From: Bacteroidota bacterium
GTDB lineage: Bacteria > Bacteroidota > Bacteroidia > Bacteroidales > JAAUTT01
Reading direction: 5' to 3'
Assembly (NCBI GenBank): GCA_023429135.1
Contig: JAEYWD010000062.1
Coordinates: 115,416-179,415 of the forward strand
DNA length: 64,000 bases
Both the position numbers and the translations under genes were made by a program. Positions 10,284 through 19,515 of the stretch are shown piece by piece; the stretch's first letter is position 1, and the number at the start of each line of letters is the position of its first letter. The notes under the pieces are model-generated. The model saw nothing but the letters and a program-made list of their open reading frames with translations. It ran no database searches and was not told the origin of the DNA.

Positions 10284-11003
10284 TTACCTGGTCAAACTTA
10301 CAAAATCTTTTATTAAAGTCTTAAGAAACAGATTCTTGTCATGAGGAGCAACTACACCAAGTTGCTTCTCTATTTTATAAACAAGCTTATCACGGGCGTC
10401 ATAATGATTATCTGTAGGATATTTGGCAACCCTGTCGAGAGTTTCCTTTATAAGAAGCATTTCTTCCTCTTTAAACTTTATAACTCCCGGATAAACAGGA
10501 GTATAATTTTTGAGGTTTTCCATCGAAAGAATGCGGCTCAACGAAAAGCGGTTTGCATTGATAAGCTTCACAACGGTGGTGTCGGCCAGGAAATCGCCCA
10601 AACGCTGCCCTTTTTCGGTCGACGAAATGGTTATCAGTGCCAGGGTTCCCAAGGTTAAAGTAATATCAATAAAGCGGAAAACAGTTCGCATTAAAAAATC
10701 GAAAAAGCCGGGACGTTCACCATTAATTTTTACCACCCGGATTTTCATAAACTTTTTACCAGGTGTTTGTCCGTGATTTAAAGTTTCGCAAAGCAAATGA
10801 TAAAAAAAAGCTGCAGGAGTGGATATAAACAAATAATTCAGCGAGGCTGCATCAATAAATATAGATGAAAAAGCATAAATAATGAGGCTTCCGAGATATA
10901 CAATTACCAGATCGATTCCGGTAGAAACAGCTCTTTCCGATACTGTAGCAAGCTCGTATTCGATAGTTACGTTTTGCGTGGTGGTAATATTTATTTTTTT
11001 CAT
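10284..11003 (-). CDS. RDD-family membrane protein with a roughly 100-aa soluble C-terminal extension
   Basis: 239 aa. RAVSTGIDLVIVYLG..., GQTPGKKFMKIRVV..., RLGDFLADTTVV. Divergent from the 11053 operon with a 49-bp spacer. Confidence 0.7.
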   Translation of the reverse strand: MKKINITTTQNVTIEYELATVSERAVSTGIDLVIVYLGSLIIYAFSSIFIDAASLNYLFISTPAAFFYHLLCETLNHGQTPGKKFMKIRVVKINGERPGFFDFLMRTVFRFIDITLTLGTLALITISSTEKGQRLGDFLADTTVVKLINANRFSLSRILSMENLKNYTPVYPGVIKFKEEEMLLIKETLDRVAKYPTDNHYDARDKLVYKIEKQLGVVAPHDKNLFLKTLIKDFVSLTR

Positions 11004-11052
11004 ATGGTGGTTTCCAAAATTTTATTTAATTCGCATATAAGAAAGACGGTAA

Positions 11053-12894
11053 ATGAAAGAATCAAAATTCGTCGAGCAAAATAAGAAAAATTGGTTGGAA
11101 TTCGAAACCGACCTTCGAACCGAAAATATAAAGACCCGACATAGCAAGTTGTTTATTCAGGTAACCGACGACCTTTCGTATGCCCGTACTTTTTTCAAAT
11201 ATAGGTCCGTACGCGTATACCTGAACGGAATTGCCCAGTTACTTTTTAATAATCTTTATCAAAACCAGTCGACAGGAAAGAGTGGTTTCGTAAAATTCTG
11301 GAAATACGACCTTCCTTATCAGATCCATTGTGCACGCAAAGAATTCCGGATTTCTTTCATCATTTTTATTCTTGCCATGGGGATTGGCGTGCTTTCGAGC
11401 ATTTACGACAAAGAGTTTGCACGGCTCATTCTTGGTAACGACTATGTTCAGATGACCATCGAAAATATTAAGTCGAACGATGCTATGGCTGTCTATAAAA
11501 AAGCCAACGAAGCTCAGATGTTCCTAGGTATTACCATCAATAATCTGATTGTGGCTATGTATACATTTGTGCTGGGTGTGTTCATGTCTATTGGTACTGT
11601 CCTGGCATTACTGCGTAACGGCATTATGGTGGGAGTTTTCCAGTACTTTTTCGTTGAAAGGGGTCTGTTTAAAGAATCGTTCCTTACCATCTGGCAGCAT
11701 GGCACCATCGAAATATCGTGCATTATTATTGCCGGTGCAGCAGGTTTGACATTAGGCCGGGGCCTGGTTTTTCCGGGAACTTATTCGCGCATCAATTCTT
11801 TAAAAATATCGGCATTAAGAGGGTTAAAGATTTTTCTGGGTATTACGCCGCTTATTGTTCTTGCTGGTTTTATCGAAAGCTTCATTACCCGCTATACCAA
11901 TGTTCCTGATTTTGTGAGGATAATGGTAATTTTGCTTTCGCTGTCGTTTATTCTTTTCTATTTTGTATGGTATCCTTGGTACCTGAAAAAGCGTAAGATG
12001 TTTGTGGTAAATGATTCGGAGAAAATAAGCTACAAAGAACCTGTCAGGTACGATTTCAGCAGAATTCTGACAGCTCCCGAAATTATTGGAAATTCATTCA
12101 AATATTTCAGTAATAATATTTTACCTTTTTTAATAATGGTAACGGGATTTGCCTTGCTGCATGCATTAACAACGCTGGCTTTTTCCACTTATCAGACTTC
12201 CAATGAGCTGGATGTCAATTCTCATTCTTTTATTACCTTTTTTAATCTTGACTGTATCAGAGCGCATTTCTGGATAGGTGCAGTAACGCTAACGTTGCTC
12301 CAGATAAATCTTTCCGGTAGTATCCGCAGAATTTTGGAGAGCAGCGATGGTAAAAAGCGGTCGGGTTATCTTTATCTTATTTCATCTTCTTTAATATCTT
12401 CTTTTCTTATTTTATTACCGTTCTATTTTGATGTTTTCTGGGGTGTGGCTTCATTTATTATGCTGAGTCCGATCTTGTTTACCGCTGTTTATAAAAGCTA
12501 TAACGAGAATGTAATTTTTCCCCTGGCGATAGGTGAAACATTTGGTTTGTTGAGTAACTCCTGGGGGAAGCAATATGGTAACAGTTTCAAAATATTTGTG
12601 TTTATAATAGTAGTTTATATATTGCTGAATACAGAAGTCGCCTGGAATTATATCCAAATGTTTCTGATGAATTTTAAATACGACGAACAAACAACCTATC
12701 TGCTCGAAATTTTTATACTTTCGTTCATAACGATTGCAATCATTTCAGTTTATGCATACTTTCTTATATCTACGTCAATATTCAATTATTATGCTTTCAG
12801 GGAAATTTCGATGGCCGAAAGTCTGAACCAGCGAATTGATATGTTTGGTGAAAGAAAAGTTTTATTTGGATTTGAAAAGGAACAGAACCGATGA
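11053..12894 (+). CDS. SpoIIM-like (DUF95) polytopic membrane protein fused to an extra roughly 280-aa multi-TM C-terminal region
   Basis: 613 aa. WQHGTIEISCIIIAGAAGLTLGRGL is the DUF95/SpoIIM core motif. Residues from about 330 to 613 form additional hydrophobic helices. Confidence 0.65.
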   Translation: MKESKFVEQNKKNWLEFETDLRTENIKTRHSKLFIQVTDDLSYARTFFKYRSVRVYLNGIAQLLFNNLYQNQSTGKSGFVKFWKYDLPYQIHCARKEFRISFIIFILAMGIGVLSSIYDKEFARLILGNDYVQMTIENIKSNDAMAVYKKANEAQMFLGITINNLIVAMYTFVLGVFMSIGTVLALLRNGIMVGVFQYFFVERGLFKESFLTIWQHGTIEISCIIIAGAAGLTLGRGLVFPGTYSRINSLKISALRGLKIFLGITPLIVLAGFIESFITRYTNVPDFVRIMVILLSLSFILFYFVWYPWYLKKRKMFVVNDSEKISYKEPVRYDFSRILTAPEIIGNSFKYFSNNILPFLIMVTGFALLHALTTLAFSTYQTSNELDVNSHSFITFFNLDCIRAHFWIGAVTLTLLQINLSGSIRRILESSDGKKRSGYLYLISSSLISSFLILLPFYFDVFWGVASFIMLSPILFTAVYKSYNENVIFPLAIGETFGLLSNSWGKQYGNSFKIFVFIIVVYILLNTEVAWNYIQMFLMNFKYDEQTTYLLEIFILSFITIAIISVYAYFLISTSIFNYYAFREISMAESLNQRIDMFGERKVLFGFEKEQNR

Positions 12895-13619
12895 ACGGCC
12901 TTAAATTAATTATTTTCTTTATTCTTGCCCTGCTTTTGAAAAGCCAAGGTGCTTTCAGCCAGAATAATCAGAGGTTTGTCAGTAAGGAGAATTGGGAGAG
13001 GCATGCCCGGGAGTATAATTATAATGAGAGCAATTCGAGAAAAGAGAAAAAAAAGAACCCGGATAAAAATATCAACCGCGACGGCAAAAAAGTTAAAGAG
13101 AAAGCAGATCGTGGGGAAAGTTCTTTCTCGTTGCCTTTTTTTTCGGGAAATTCGGGTGTAGTTTATCTGTTTATTGCCATTGTCGCTATTGGACTTATAT
13201 TGCTGATGGTTGTTTTAATCGTCAGTCTTTTCCGGGGACCTGTGAATCAGTCCTTACCCGAAATTAAGCCTACTATAGGTTCAGGATATGAAAACATTGA
13301 AAAAGCAAATCTTGATGGTGATTTGCAGTATGCATTAAAGGCGGGCGAATACAAGGAAGCTGTTCGGCTCAGGTATCTGATGTTGCTGCGTTTGCTCAAT
13401 AAACATAAACTGGTTATCTGGAAAAAAGATAAGACCAACGGCCATTATCTCAGGGAAATGTATGGAAAAAAGGAGTTTGACTTATTCAGGAAGTTAACCT
13501 TACAATTTGAAAGAATATGGTATGGCGAAATAACCATTACCGATCGGGAATACTCAGGAATTATTCCCGTATTTGAACAAATACAACAATCAATCGAGCC
13601 TCGTGAAATCCACCAATAA
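12891..13619 (+). CDS. DUF4129-domain membrane protein
   Basis: 242 aa. Signal peptide, Lys-rich linker, one TM helix, and a C-terminal ...LTLQFERIWYGEITITDREY region typical of DUF4129. The ATGA start overlaps the upstream stop. Confidence 0.6.
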   Translation: MNGLKLIIFFILALLLKSQGAFSQNNQRFVSKENWERHAREYNYNESNSRKEKKKNPDKNINRDGKKVKEKADRGESSFSLPFFSGNSGVVYLFIAIVAIGLILLMVVLIVSLFRGPVNQSLPEIKPTIGSGYENIEKANLDGDLQYALKAGEYKEAVRLRYLMLLRLLNKHKLVIWKKDKTNGHYLREMYGKKEFDLFRKLTLQFERIWYGEITITDREYSGIIPVFEQIQQSIEPREIHQ

Positions 13620-14847
13620 AATATTAATTCTGGTAGTGTGCGCTGTGATACTCATCAGCACAGTGTTGTATTTCCATTTCAGGAGCTATAGTCCTAAATA
13701 CCGGTGGAATGAGAATTATTATTATGACAATGCTCAGCCTTATGGCTTAAAGCTGGCTGCCGATTTAATTTCAACCTCATGTAAGAAAAACAATTTTGTA
13801 CTGATAGATAATCCTGCTCACAACTATATATCCAAGGAGGACACGGGTTCGCTTTACATGTTTATTGGCGAAAATTTTGTTGGCGACAGCACTCTGTCGA
13901 AAGATCTGATGGATTTTGTTCAACGGGGGAATAATGTATTTATATCAAGCATTGCCTCAGAACATTACATATTCGGTCATCTCACAAACGACCGATTCCC
14001 GATGCTTAATTTCAATTATATAAACGACTCCACCATTGAAGCCAATTTCGACAGGTTCAATCCCGAAAAATACTATATTTTCGATTATAAGAACGGCCCA
14101 AAAAAAGCTCAGTACAAATGGCTCGGACTGGATAGTCTTTTTCTGAGAGATTCGCTGGCGATTTACGGTTTCGAGCCCATTTCGCGTATTGGTAATGTTA
14201 TTGTTGAAAGTATGAGAGTAAAATACGGGAAAGGTTGGTTTATATTTCATTCCAATCCTTTGTTTTTTACAAATTACAACCTTTCGAAGGAGAATGGATA
14301 TCAATACCTGAATCAACTGCTTTCCGAATACAAAAAACCGCGTATTCTATGGGACGAATTCAGCAAATCTGGTCTTGATAATACAAATATTACATCGACT
14401 CAGGAATCGCCCTTACGGTTTATCCTTTCGGAAAAGAGTCTGCGATGGGCCTGGTATGTGATCGGAGGTCTGATACTTTTGTTTGTTGTTTTCAATTCTA
14501 AACGGAGACAGGCTCAGATTCCGCTTATCCCATCAAACACAAATACCACCGTAGAGTTTATTAATTCCATTGCCACACTTTATTTTAAGAATAATTCCAA
14601 CATTTTTATTGCTGAAGAAATGATGAAACAGTTTCTCTCGTTTGTGAAGCATAAATATGGAATATCACCCAACCTGAGCAAAAAAGATACGCCTAAAATA
14701 CTTGCTCCTTTGTCGGGAATACCCGAAAGCGAGCTCGACAAACTTTTTGAAGCATACGGCGACGTGGTTTATAACCCGGTTTATGAACCTAAGTCGTTAG
14801 TTAAACTACACAGTCATATCGAAAACTTTTACAAAAACTGCAAGTAA
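13573..14847 (+). CDS. DUF4350-like membrane-anchored protein
   Basis: 424 aa with an N-terminal TM helix and a second TM near residue 295. Its position between the DUF4129 and MoxR genes matches the conserved cluster. The start is uncertain (TTG 13573 or GTG 13603); either one overlaps the upstream gene. Confidence 0.5.
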   Translation: MNKYNNQSSLVKSTNKILILVVCAVILISTVLYFHFRSYSPKYRWNENYYYDNAQPYGLKLAADLISTSCKKNNFVLIDNPAHNYISKEDTGSLYMFIGENFVGDSTLSKDLMDFVQRGNNVFISSIASEHYIFGHLTNDRFPMLNFNYINDSTIEANFDRFNPEKYYIFDYKNGPKKAQYKWLGLDSLFLRDSLAIYGFEPISRIGNVIVESMRVKYGKGWFIFHSNPLFFTNYNLSKENGYQYLNQLLSEYKKPRILWDEFSKSGLDNTNITSTQESPLRFILSEKSLRWAWYVIGGLILLFVVFNSKRRQAQIPLIPSNTNTTVEFINSIATLYFKNNSNIFIAEEMMKQFLSFVKHKYGISPNLSKKDTPKILAPLSGIPESELDKLFEAYGDVVYNPVYEPKSLVKLHSHIENFYKNCK

Positions 14848-15867
14848 ATGGAAGAAAACATTTTAAACGATTCCGAACCCATTGAAGAGTCAACTGCAAG
14901 CGAAAGCAGTACATATATCGATGTCAGCGAAATTATGGAATTTGCCATGAAGGTAAAAACAGAACTCCAGAAGGTGATTATCGGGATGGACGATACCATT
15001 GAGCTTTTAACGGTAGGTCTGCTCACTAACGGACATGTTTTGATCGAGGGCGTTCCTGGCATTGCAAAAACCTTGCTTGTTAAGCTGTTGGCCAATATTC
15101 TCGATGCCGAATATAAAAGAATTCAGTTTACACCTGACCTGATGCCCTCCGACGTTATCGGAACCACAGTTTACAATATGCAGTCGGCATCGTTTTTCTT
15201 CCGGAAAGGTCCGGTCTTCAGTAATATCATCCTGGCCGACGAAATAAACCGTGCTCCGGCCAAAACACAATCGGCACTTTTTGAGGTGATGGAGGAACGG
15301 CAAATAACAGTCGATGGCGAAACCCACCGGATGGATTATCCATTATATGTAATCGCAACCCAGAACCCGATAGAGCAGGAGGGAACCTACCGGCTCCCTG
15401 AAGCGGAACTCGACAGGTTTATGTTCCGTCTTAAAATCGGGTATCCATCTATTGAGGAGGAAATTGGTATTCTTTCGCGTTTTAAATCCGATTTTTTCAA
15501 CCGGGTGGAAAAAGATGTTCAGAAGGTTTACAAAGCCAAAGATCTTATCAATTTGTGCTCTATAGTCGAAAAAGTGCATATCAAGGACGAACTGCTTGCT
15601 TATGTGGCAAATATTGTAAATAACACCCGAAGCAACTCAAATTTATTTTTAGGAGCGTCGCCAAGAGCTTCAATTGCTATCCTTCGCACGTCAAAAGCAA
15701 TTGCAGCAATTAACGGCCGCGATTTTGTTACGCCCGACGATATTCAGAAAGTAGCTTATCCGGTGCTGAACCACCGTATTATCCTTGTTCCTGAGCGTGA
15801 AATTGAAGGTGTGGATGCAGCCGATATCATCAAAGACATCATTCAGAAAATAGAAGTGCCAAGGTAA
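14848..15867 (+). CDS. MoxR-family AAA+ ATPase
   Basis: 339 aa. Walker A GVPGIAKT, Walker B ILADEINRAPAKTQSALFEVMEE, and VIATQNPIEQEGTYRLPEAELDRF are typical of MoxR. Confidence 0.9.
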   Translation: MEENILNDSEPIEESTASESSTYIDVSEIMEFAMKVKTELQKVIIGMDDTIELLTVGLLTNGHVLIEGVPGIAKTLLVKLLANILDAEYKRIQFTPDLMPSDVIGTTVYNMQSASFFFRKGPVFSNIILADEINRAPAKTQSALFEVMEERQITVDGETHRMDYPLYVIATQNPIEQEGTYRLPEAELDRFMFRLKIGYPSIEEEIGILSRFKSDFFNRVEKDVQKVYKAKDLINLCSIVEKVHIKDELLAYVANIVNNTRSNSNLFLGASPRASIAILRTSKAIAAINGRDFVTPDDIQKVAYPVLNHRIILVPEREIEGVDAADIIKDIIQKIEVPR

Positions 15868-17198
15868 TGCGCATATACAGGCAAATATTCCTCTCGTCGA
15901 GGTTCTTCGTGATTGGCTCGGTGGCTGTGGTGCTGTTTGCTTTCAGCTTTACGGTGCACTGGCTGTTTCCCATTAGCCAGTTTTTACTTGTTGGCCTTTT
16001 GGTAGTCTCCTTGGCTGATATACTGCTTCTTTTCAACAGAAACAGAACTTTTGATGTACAGCGTAATGTCCCCAGCATTATGACCCTTGGCGATGAGAAC
16101 CATATCGGGATTGTTGTCCGAAATACTTCAAATCTCAAGGTTTGGTTAACGGTAATTGATGAGTTGCCTTTTCAGTTCCAAATCCGCGACCTGAAGTTTG
16201 AGACTGTACTCGATAATAATGATGAAACCAGCTTTAAGTACGAATTAACTCCTGTGAAAAGGGGAGAATACAAGTTTGGTAACATTAATTTATTTGTTCA
16301 ATCGATGGTTGGTCTCATCAGCAGGAAAATAGCTGTTGATCTTCATACGATGGTTAAAGTTTATCCTTCCATTGTACAGATGAAGAAATTTGAACTTAAT
16401 TCAGCCACTTCATACCAGATAAATGAAGGTATTAAACGCCGCCGCAGAATTGGACACAGCTACGAGTTCGATCAGGTAAAGGAATATGTTATTGGCGACG
16501 ATAGCCGGAGTATTAACTGGAAAGCCAGCAGTCGCAGGGGTTCGCTTATGGTTAACCAATACGAAGAGGAACGTTCACAACAGGTTTATTCTATCATCGA
16601 CAAAAGCCGTTCCATGCACATGCCTTTTAATGGGCTTACTTTGCTGGATTATTCAATCAATACTTCCCTCGTAATTTCGAATGTGGTGCTGCAAAAGCAC
16701 GACAAAGCGGGCCTGATAACTTTTTCCGACAAAATTGGTTCTGTAATCCCTGCCGATAAAAGTTCGCAGCAATTGCGGAAAATTCTGGAAGCTTTATACA
16801 ACGAAAAAGAACATATTCTGGAGGCCGAATACGAGCTGTTATACCATTTGGTTCGTAATGTTATCAAGCATCGCAGCCTGATATTTCTTTATACAAATTT
16901 CGAGAGTCTGCATGCCTTTGAAAGAATTTTGCCTATTCTTCGACAGATCAGCAAATTTCATCTGCTTGTAGTAATGTTTTTTGAGAATGATGCCGTTGTT
17001 AATATGAGTAAAAACCCTGTAAAGGATATAATGGGTATTTACGAACAAACTATGGCTCGTAAGTATCTACACGAGAAGAACCAGATAGTTTCGGAACTCA
17101 CCAATCATGGTATTGCATGCATAAGGTCAGTTCCTTCAGACTTATCCCTTAACACCATAAACAAATACCTGGAATTAAAAGCGAGGGGTATGATATAA
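15867..17198 (+). CDS. DUF58-domain protein (vWA-like MoxR partner) with two N-terminal TM helices
   Basis: 443 aa. YEFDQVKEYVIGDDSRSINWKASSRRGSLMVNQYEEERSQ is the DUF58 signature. The start overlaps the moxR stop (TAATG). Confidence 0.85.
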   Translation: MRIYRQIFLSSRFFVIGSVAVVLFAFSFTVHWLFPISQFLLVGLLVVSLADILLLFNRNRTFDVQRNVPSIMTLGDENHIGIVVRNTSNLKVWLTVIDELPFQFQIRDLKFETVLDNNDETSFKYELTPVKRGEYKFGNINLFVQSMVGLISRKIAVDLHTMVKVYPSIVQMKKFELNSATSYQINEGIKRRRRIGHSYEFDQVKEYVIGDDSRSINWKASSRRGSLMVNQYEEERSQQVYSIIDKSRSMHMPFNGLTLLDYSINTSLVISNVVLQKHDKAGLITFSDKIGSVIPADKSSQQLRKILEALYNEKEHILEAEYELLYHLVRNVIKHRSLIFLYTNFESLHAFERILPILRQISKFHLLVVMFFENDAVVNMSKNPVKDIMGIYEQTMARKYLHEKNQIVSELTNHGIACIRSVPSDLSLNTINKYLELKARGMI

Positions 17199-17200
17199 AA

Positions 17201-17237
17201 AAACAAACCTGGGTGGATGGGCAGCCCAGGTTTGTTT
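17201..17237. terminator. Bidirectional intrinsic terminator between the convergent DUF58 and GH97 genes
   Basis: Perfect 13-bp stem AAACAAACCTGGG/CCCAGGTTTGTTT with an 11-nt loop. An A-run lies upstream and a T-run downstream. Confidence 0.8.
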
Positions 17238-17262
17238 TTCTAAGATTCTGAAATTTTAAGAT

Positions 17263-19203
17263 CTATATCTTTTGTAAATGTGCCACAAATCCTCCTCCTG
17301 GAGCCATTTTCACTTTCAGTATAGTACTTTTATCAACACTTTTTTTCTCCTGTATCAGTTTTTCGGCGTTTACATGAGCGTCCGGAGCGTCGGAAAAAGT
17401 TGTGGCTGAATATTTTCCGGCATCAAGAAAATCGAGCTTTACATTAAGTTCCCGGGCATCGGAATTGGTCATCACTCCAATAAACCAGTCGGAACCTGAT
17501 TTTCGTACCGAAACAATGTATTTTCCAACTTCTCCGGCAGGTATCCGGGTATCGTCCCATTTGGTAGGAACTACTTTCAGGAAGTCAATTCCGGGTTGAT
17601 TGTAATAGTTATCCGGGTGATCGCAAACGGTCATAACCGGACTGTCGTAAACCACGAATTTTGCCAGTTCATTGCAGCGGGTGTTCATTACGTTTGCCGG
17701 AGAGCCGGTTTTGAATGTCTCCGGGGTACGATTGAGAAAACCTCCGGGGGTATAATCCATAGGGCCTGCAAGCATGCGGGTATAAGGCAAAGTTACATTA
17801 TGTTCGGGTGTTACACGTGTCGACCATTTGGCATATTCATTTCCCATTACACCTTCGCGTGTTATAAAGTTAGGATAGGTTCGTTGAAAACCATCAGGTT
17901 TATAAGCTCCGTGAAAATTCACCAAAAGGTGATGGTCTGCCGCTGCTTTTACAATTTTATGGTACCAGTTTACCATATCCTGATCGTCGCGATCCATAAA
18001 ATCAATTTTTACCCCGGCAATACCCCATTTTTCATACAGAGCAAATGCCTCTTTATACTGGCGTTCGGCATCGGTATTATAAAGCCATACCCAGCATCGT
18101 ACGTTCTTTTCTTTAGCAAATCTTAAAACTTCGGGCATATCAACAGCGGGATTAATACTGGTTATATCAGCATCGGGTTTGTTAAACTGTCCATACCATT
18201 GCCAGTCGATAAGTTGGTATGGGAATCCCATGTCCGACGCGAGCTGAATGTATTTTTTCAGGGTCTCAGTATCCATTTTTACTTCGGCGCTCCACCAATG
18301 GTCCCAGGCACATTTCCCAGGTTTTATCCACGATACATCTTCAATAGCACAGGGATCATTCAGGTTCATCACAATTTCCGATTCAATCAGGCGGCCAGGT
18401 TCCTTTCCCAGCAGAATAACGCGCCAGGGAGAGAATTGGTCGCTTTTGAGCTGCACTTTAACACCATTTTCGTCTTGCTTTGGTCTTGGAGCAAGTTTTG
18501 TGTATAACGATATTGCCTGGTCTTCTGTAATAACCTTTCGTCCTATATAAAAACCTGCCCAGTCTTCGATATTAGCCTCTGTAATGGCGGCATAGCATAT
18601 GTCGCTTACTTTCACCAGGAATGGCAATCCCACGACACTTTTTTCAGTTAAATCGCCAATTTTACCAGGCCAGAATTCAGTTTCCTGCGAAGTGGTGTAC
18701 GATCCGTAATTCGCCATCCAGGCATCGTGATTACCTGAAAATCGAAAGCTAGTTAGTTCCCGTGTGATTTCCCGGTTCGAAAATCCATTTGCCATGGGAA
18801 GAAAGTAACGAAAGGCAATTCCATCGTTATAAGCTCTGAAATAGAGAGTAAGCTTACGCTGCGGGAATTTCCTTTCCTTCAACTGTAATGTAATTTCGTT
18901 GCAATTGTCAATTATCTCGCGATGTTTGCTTGCCACCGGAGTCCATTTTTCATTTATAACTTTCCGGCTGCTGTCTGTGATTGCCATATCATTCCCAAGC
19001 AATGGCTCATTCACAAACTGAAACCCTAACACTGAAGGCAATACAATTTGTTTTCCACCGAAACTTACTGAATAACTTAATTTTTCGCCAGCAGTAATTT
19101 CAATGGCTATTTTCTTATCGGGAGAAGAAAGTTTGACTTTCTGGGCCTGAATACTGTCGAAAAAACATAAAGACAGGAAAAGAGCAATTAAAAGATTCTT
19201 CAT
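17263..19203 (-). CDS. GH97 alpha-glucosidase (SusB-like), secreted
   Basis: 646 aa with a signal peptide. GVKIDFMDRDDQ and the overall length and architecture match GH97 enzymes as I recall them. Confidence 0.75.
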   Translation of the reverse strand: MKNLLIALFLSLCFFDSIQAQKVKLSSPDKKIAIEITAGEKLSYSVSFGGKQIVLPSVLGFQFVNEPLLGNDMAITDSSRKVINEKWTPVASKHREIIDNCNEITLQLKERKFPQRKLTLYFRAYNDGIAFRYFLPMANGFSNREITRELTSFRFSGNHDAWMANYGSYTTSQETEFWPGKIGDLTEKSVVGLPFLVKVSDICYAAITEANIEDWAGFYIGRKVITEDQAISLYTKLAPRPKQDENGVKVQLKSDQFSPWRVILLGKEPGRLIESEIVMNLNDPCAIEDVSWIKPGKCAWDHWWSAEVKMDTETLKKYIQLASDMGFPYQLIDWQWYGQFNKPDADITSINPAVDMPEVLRFAKEKNVRCWVWLYNTDAERQYKEAFALYEKWGIAGVKIDFMDRDDQDMVNWYHKIVKAAADHHLLVNFHGAYKPDGFQRTYPNFITREGVMGNEYAKWSTRVTPEHNVTLPYTRMLAGPMDYTPGGFLNRTPETFKTGSPANVMNTRCNELAKFVVYDSPVMTVCDHPDNYYNQPGIDFLKVVPTKWDDTRIPAGEVGKYIVSVRKSGSDWFIGVMTNSDARELNVKLDFLDAGKYSATTFSDAPDAHVNAEKLIQEKKSVDKSTILKVKMAPGGGFVAHLQKI

Positions 19204-19280
19204 AGTAGTTAATTTAGGTTCAATGCAAATATATTAATAAATGTAGTTTTTACAATTAAAAAATAAGGTGGATTAGACAT

Positions 19281-19310
19281 GAAAAAGGCGTAATACGAAA
19301 GTATTACGCC
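19281..19310 (-). terminator. Intrinsic terminator downstream of the MFS gene
   Basis: 10-bp stem GGCGTAATAC/GTATTACGCC with a GAAA loop, followed by a T-tract on the minus strand. Confidence 0.65.
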
Positions 19311-19515
19311 CCAAGGCTAAAATTGCATTAACTCCTTGATTTCTGGTTATTGCCTAACGTTATTAACAGTTTTCATCCGTATCTTACGTTACCCATCGGA
19401 TGTATACGTTTTTTATGTCCTGTGAAGTTACATATTAAAACTATTTTTAAATTAAAATTTATAATTCACTGTTAATTAGTTACATAAATTAACTAACTTA
19501 AGTTTATGATTAATA

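Noticed and set aside
12949-13161. 70-aa alternative-frame ORF rich in Arg and Lys inside the DUF4129 gene.
   Set aside because: It is a frame artefact of the A-rich, Lys-rich linker region (SNSRKEKKKNPDKNINRDGKKVKEK) of the real gene.
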